A stretch of DNA of 64,000 nt from Thermoplasmatota archaeon (GTDB taxonomy: Archaea > Thermoplasmatota > Penumbrarchaeia > Penumbrarchaeales > Penumbrarchaeaceae), in contig JARVGK010000002.1 in assembly GCA_029762535.1 (NCBI GenBank), forward strand, positions 1 through 64,000. The letters run 5' to 3'. Position 1 is the stretch's first letter, and each line of letters starts with the position of its first letter. The notes under the pieces were generated by a model, which worked only from the letters and a program-made list of their open reading frames with translations, had not been told where the DNA came from and ran no database searches. The position numbers were made by a program, and so were the translations under genes. Below are positions 61,643 to 64,000 of the stretch, one piece after another.

Positions 61643-62034
61643 CTTTTCGAATTCTCCTCGACACGAAACCTGACGATCCGTTTTATGAGATCCTCGGGAA
61701 GGGGCTCATCCAGAGGGAACTGGACCGCGCCCTTTGACGTCTTGTACATCCTCATCTCTTCCTTGAATTCTTTCATAGCACCTGGAGTTGGATAGAATCC
61801 AATATGACCCTCGTACCCTGCGAAATGGACCAGGTTACCGTTCAGTGTAAAAGTGGGAATGCCGTATGCGAGTTTCTCAGCGGCTTCTGGAGCTTCAGAA
61901 ATGATGAATTTGCGGATCTCTTCAAGTTTCTCACGGGCCGGTCCCGAAAAAGAAGCGATGTACTCATCGATGTTCTTGGGCGAGACCTTTTTTGTATTCA
62001 TCAGAACACCATCACTAATTGAGGGATGAGACAT
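61639..62034 (-). CDS. DUF1801/YdhG-like protein
   Basis: IDEYI, YGIPTF, HIGFYP, SKGAVQFP. Confidence 0.85.
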   Translation of the reverse strand: MSHPSISDGVLMNTKKVSPKNIDEYIASFSGPAREKLEEIRKFIISEAPEAAEKLAYGIPTFTLNGNLVHFAGYEGHIGFYPTPGAMKEFKEEMRMYKTSKGAVQFPLDEPLPEDLIKRIVRFRVEENSKS

Positions 62035-62341
62035 ATCCCACGGATCTCTGGAAGATCCATTCGTCCTTCACATAATCCGGGGATCTCTCTCTTGTGATCT
62101 GTATCCACTCCCTCATTCTTTTTCTCCCAAGCGGCTGGAAATCTGTGATGCCCTCCTTTCCCACAAGGTCCAATGCCATCTTCTCCGGGACCTTTATTCC
62201 TATCCCGTTCTCGTAGAGGCAGGCGAACATCTTTCCTTTGATGTAATATGCCGGATACCCGAACATCTTGCCAGGGGAGACCCCGGGGATCGAAAGGAGT
62301 ATGGTGTCGATCACTTCCTTGTGTTCCTCATTGAATTTCAT
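62015..62341 (-). CDS. TfoX N-terminal-like protein
   Basis: KMFGYPAYYIKGKMFA, MREWI. Confidence 0.8.
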   Translation of the reverse strand: MKFNEEHKEVIDTILLSIPGVSPGKMFGYPAYYIKGKMFACLYENGIGIKVPEKMALDLVGKEGITDFQPLGRKRMREWIQITRERSPDYVKDEWIFQRSVGYVSSLN

Positions 62342-62344
62342 ATT

Positions 62345-62830
62345 TCACCCCCGATTGACGATCCCGTTCATCTCGAGTATACTTATCCTTCCCATGAGCG
62401 TCCCTTCCGGGAGCGTTGGGTCATAGGTCCTATGAGCGATCCCTTGGTGCTCCCTCAATCTCCTCAATCCTTCCTTTATCTCATCTTGGTCGAAAAGGAA
62501 ATCCACCCTCCCCTTGAACTGGACCAGTCTGAAGGCGTGGTCGCAGGCATCGGGGACGAACCCAAGATCCTCGTGCACCTGCCCGTGAACGATCTGGTTC
62601 TTTTTGAGGATCCCCACCTTCCTTCCTTTATCAGAGGTATGAAAATATAGACAGCGTTCTTCCTCATCCAGTCCGAAGTCAAGGGTTGCCAGATAAGGTT
62701 CTCCCCCGCTGCACATGGCTATCGTGAGTAGCTTCTGGGAGCGGAGTATGTCAAACATCTCCTCCTCAGAGGCGATCTTCTTCTCCATCGTACGGCTTTT
62801 CATGCACTCCATGGTCACTATATGGCCCAA
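62345..62830 (-). CDS. Pyridoxamine 5'-phosphate oxidase-like FMN-binding protein
   Basis: EPY, LYFHT...GRK; start uncertain. Confidence 0.8.
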   Translation of the reverse strand: MGHIVTMECMKSRTMEKKIASEEEMFDILRSQKLLTIAMCSGGEPYLATLDFGLDEEERCLYFHTSDKGRKVGILKKNQIVHGQVHEDLGFVPDACDHAFRLVQFKGRVDFLFDQDEIKEGLRRLREHQGIAHRTYDPTLPEGTLMGRISILEMNGIVNRG

Positions 62831-63002
62831 ATGACGTATAAAACATCTCCATCAGAGCCTTCCGATCTCGGAGACGAAGTGTCCCGCATCCGGATTCTTC
62901 ACGACCGGGTAATCCTTCTTGTCCATCCACGCAGCTTCTGCCATGATATGGGAGAAAACATCTTGGTAATTCATTTTTTTCCGACCAACAGATTAAGATC
63001 GT

Positions 63003-63830
63003 TCATCGGTAGAATGCCTCGGAGAGCGTATGAAGAAGCTCCTTGCACCCTCCGTTCTTCACGAACTCTGAATGCTCCTCCACTGTTTGGAATTCCCGGT
63101 CGCAGATCTCACTGCAGAGGAACTTCCCCTTTGTGGCCTCATCGAAGGAGAACATGACGTTGGAGGCGTACTGATTGTTGTAAGGGGTCTTCTTGGGATT
63201 CTCCCTGGCCCATTGGATCGAGCGATACCAGATGGTGGCGCTGAGCGCTCCGCAGGCGTTCCCCGTCAGCCCGATCCCTCCGGCGAAACCTGCGACGGTC
63301 ATCTGCTCCTCGGGGGATCCCCCCATCATCCTCACTACCTCCGAGGCGCAGCTCATCGGAGGTTCCTTCAATTCTGGGATGGGCGCGGCCAGTCCCTCCT
63401 TCGCGGATCGGAGTGCGTCCTCGGTCCATTTGTCAGCGAGGGTGAAGCAAGACCTGGCCTTGAAGATGAGATACCTGGCCATCTGGAGTTTTTTGTGGAA
63501 ATCGGTGTCGGTGATGTCCCTGCAGTTCACGCTGCCGGCGTTCTTCTCGAATGCATCGGATACGTTCCTCGTCGCATTGATCGCCATCGCTGTGGCGACA
63601 CCTTGGTCCTTGAACCTTCTGAAGCATTCGTTCCCTACCGCAAGTGAGGTCCCGTAGAGGAGCCCGCACTGATGCCCCATCTGCATGATCCCTCCGACGA
63701 GTGGATCCGATGCACGCTCGAAATCGGTGTTGTGATGTCCGAACTCCCTGTTCAGGATGTAATAGAAGGTATGTGAGCACATCCCCTTCTTCCTGAAAAG
63801 CTTCTTCGTGTCCTGTTTGACCGCCGACAT
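63003..63830 (-). CDS. C-GCAxxG-C-C family redox-active protein (two tandem domains)
   Basis: GGI..GHQCGLLYG...VNCRDI and GGIG..GNACGALSA...CSEI. Confidence 0.82.
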   Translation of the reverse strand: MSAVKQDTKKLFRKKGMCSHTFYYILNREFGHHNTDFERASDPLVGGIMQMGHQCGLLYGTSLAVGNECFRRFKDQGVATAMAINATRNVSDAFEKNAGSVNCRDITDTDFHKKLQMARYLIFKARSCFTLADKWTEDALRSAKEGLAAPIPELKEPPMSCASEVVRMMGGSPEEQMTVAGFAGGIGLTGNACGALSATIWYRSIQWARENPKKTPYNNQYASNVMFSFDEATKGKFLCSEICDREFQTVEEHSEFVKNGGCKELLHTLSEAFYR

Positions 63831-63838
63831 GTTTTACC

Positions 63839-64000
63839 TCATTTGACGAAGGTTACGACGATATTTCCACGTTTGTGACCCTGTTCCACATATCTGTGCG
63901 CTTCCGGGACCTGATCCAGAGTGTACTTTTTATCGATGACCGCTCTGAGCCTGCCCGCTTCCGCGAGATCCCTGATGAAAAGCAGGTCCTCCGTGATCTC
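63839..64000 (-). CDS. C-terminus of MDR-family (quinone/alcohol) oxidoreductase, partial
   Basis: My translation: AGRLRAVIDKKYTLDQVPEAHRYVEQGHKRGNIVV. Confidence 0.85.
   Translation of the reverse strand, partial: EITEDLLFIRDLAEAGRLRAVIDKKYTLDQVPEAHRYVEQGHKRGNIVVTFVK

Overview
Archaeal DNA, most consistent with a Thermoplasmatota-like organism (inferred from archaeal AAA-ATPase, RAD55/KaiC, group-3-like [NiFe] hydrogenase pieces, heliorhodopsin and membrane-anchored wHTH proteins). 1-28.9 kb and 54.6-64 kb are mostly ordinary genes: surface proteins, purine and NAD salvage, transporters and small enzymes. 28.9-54.6 kb is an accessory island with many MNT-HEPN and AbiE-type toxin-antitoxin pairs, several bracketed by direct repeats. 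Its core (30.3-48.9 kb) is the candidate novel system. It is an array of very AT-rich minus-strand cassettes, each a Ca-binding DxDxDG-repeat/Ig-like protein with a hypervariable hydrophobic C-terminus followed by a small membrane protein, resembling polymorphic toxin/immunity pairs. The cassettes are separated by copies of a GC-richer, modular, roughly 550-920 nt structured non-coding element that shows covarying stems, a pseudoknot, G-tracts and GAA triloops. Two copies carry an antisense PD-(D/E)XK-like nuclease ORF inside a stem loop. One copy is bounded by a 10-bp direct repeat, and removing it fuses the flanking ORFs in frame. The lead cassette gene is also interrupted by five short, in-frame, hairpin-rich insertions. 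All calls were made by eye from the sequence and the ORF track; no searches were run.
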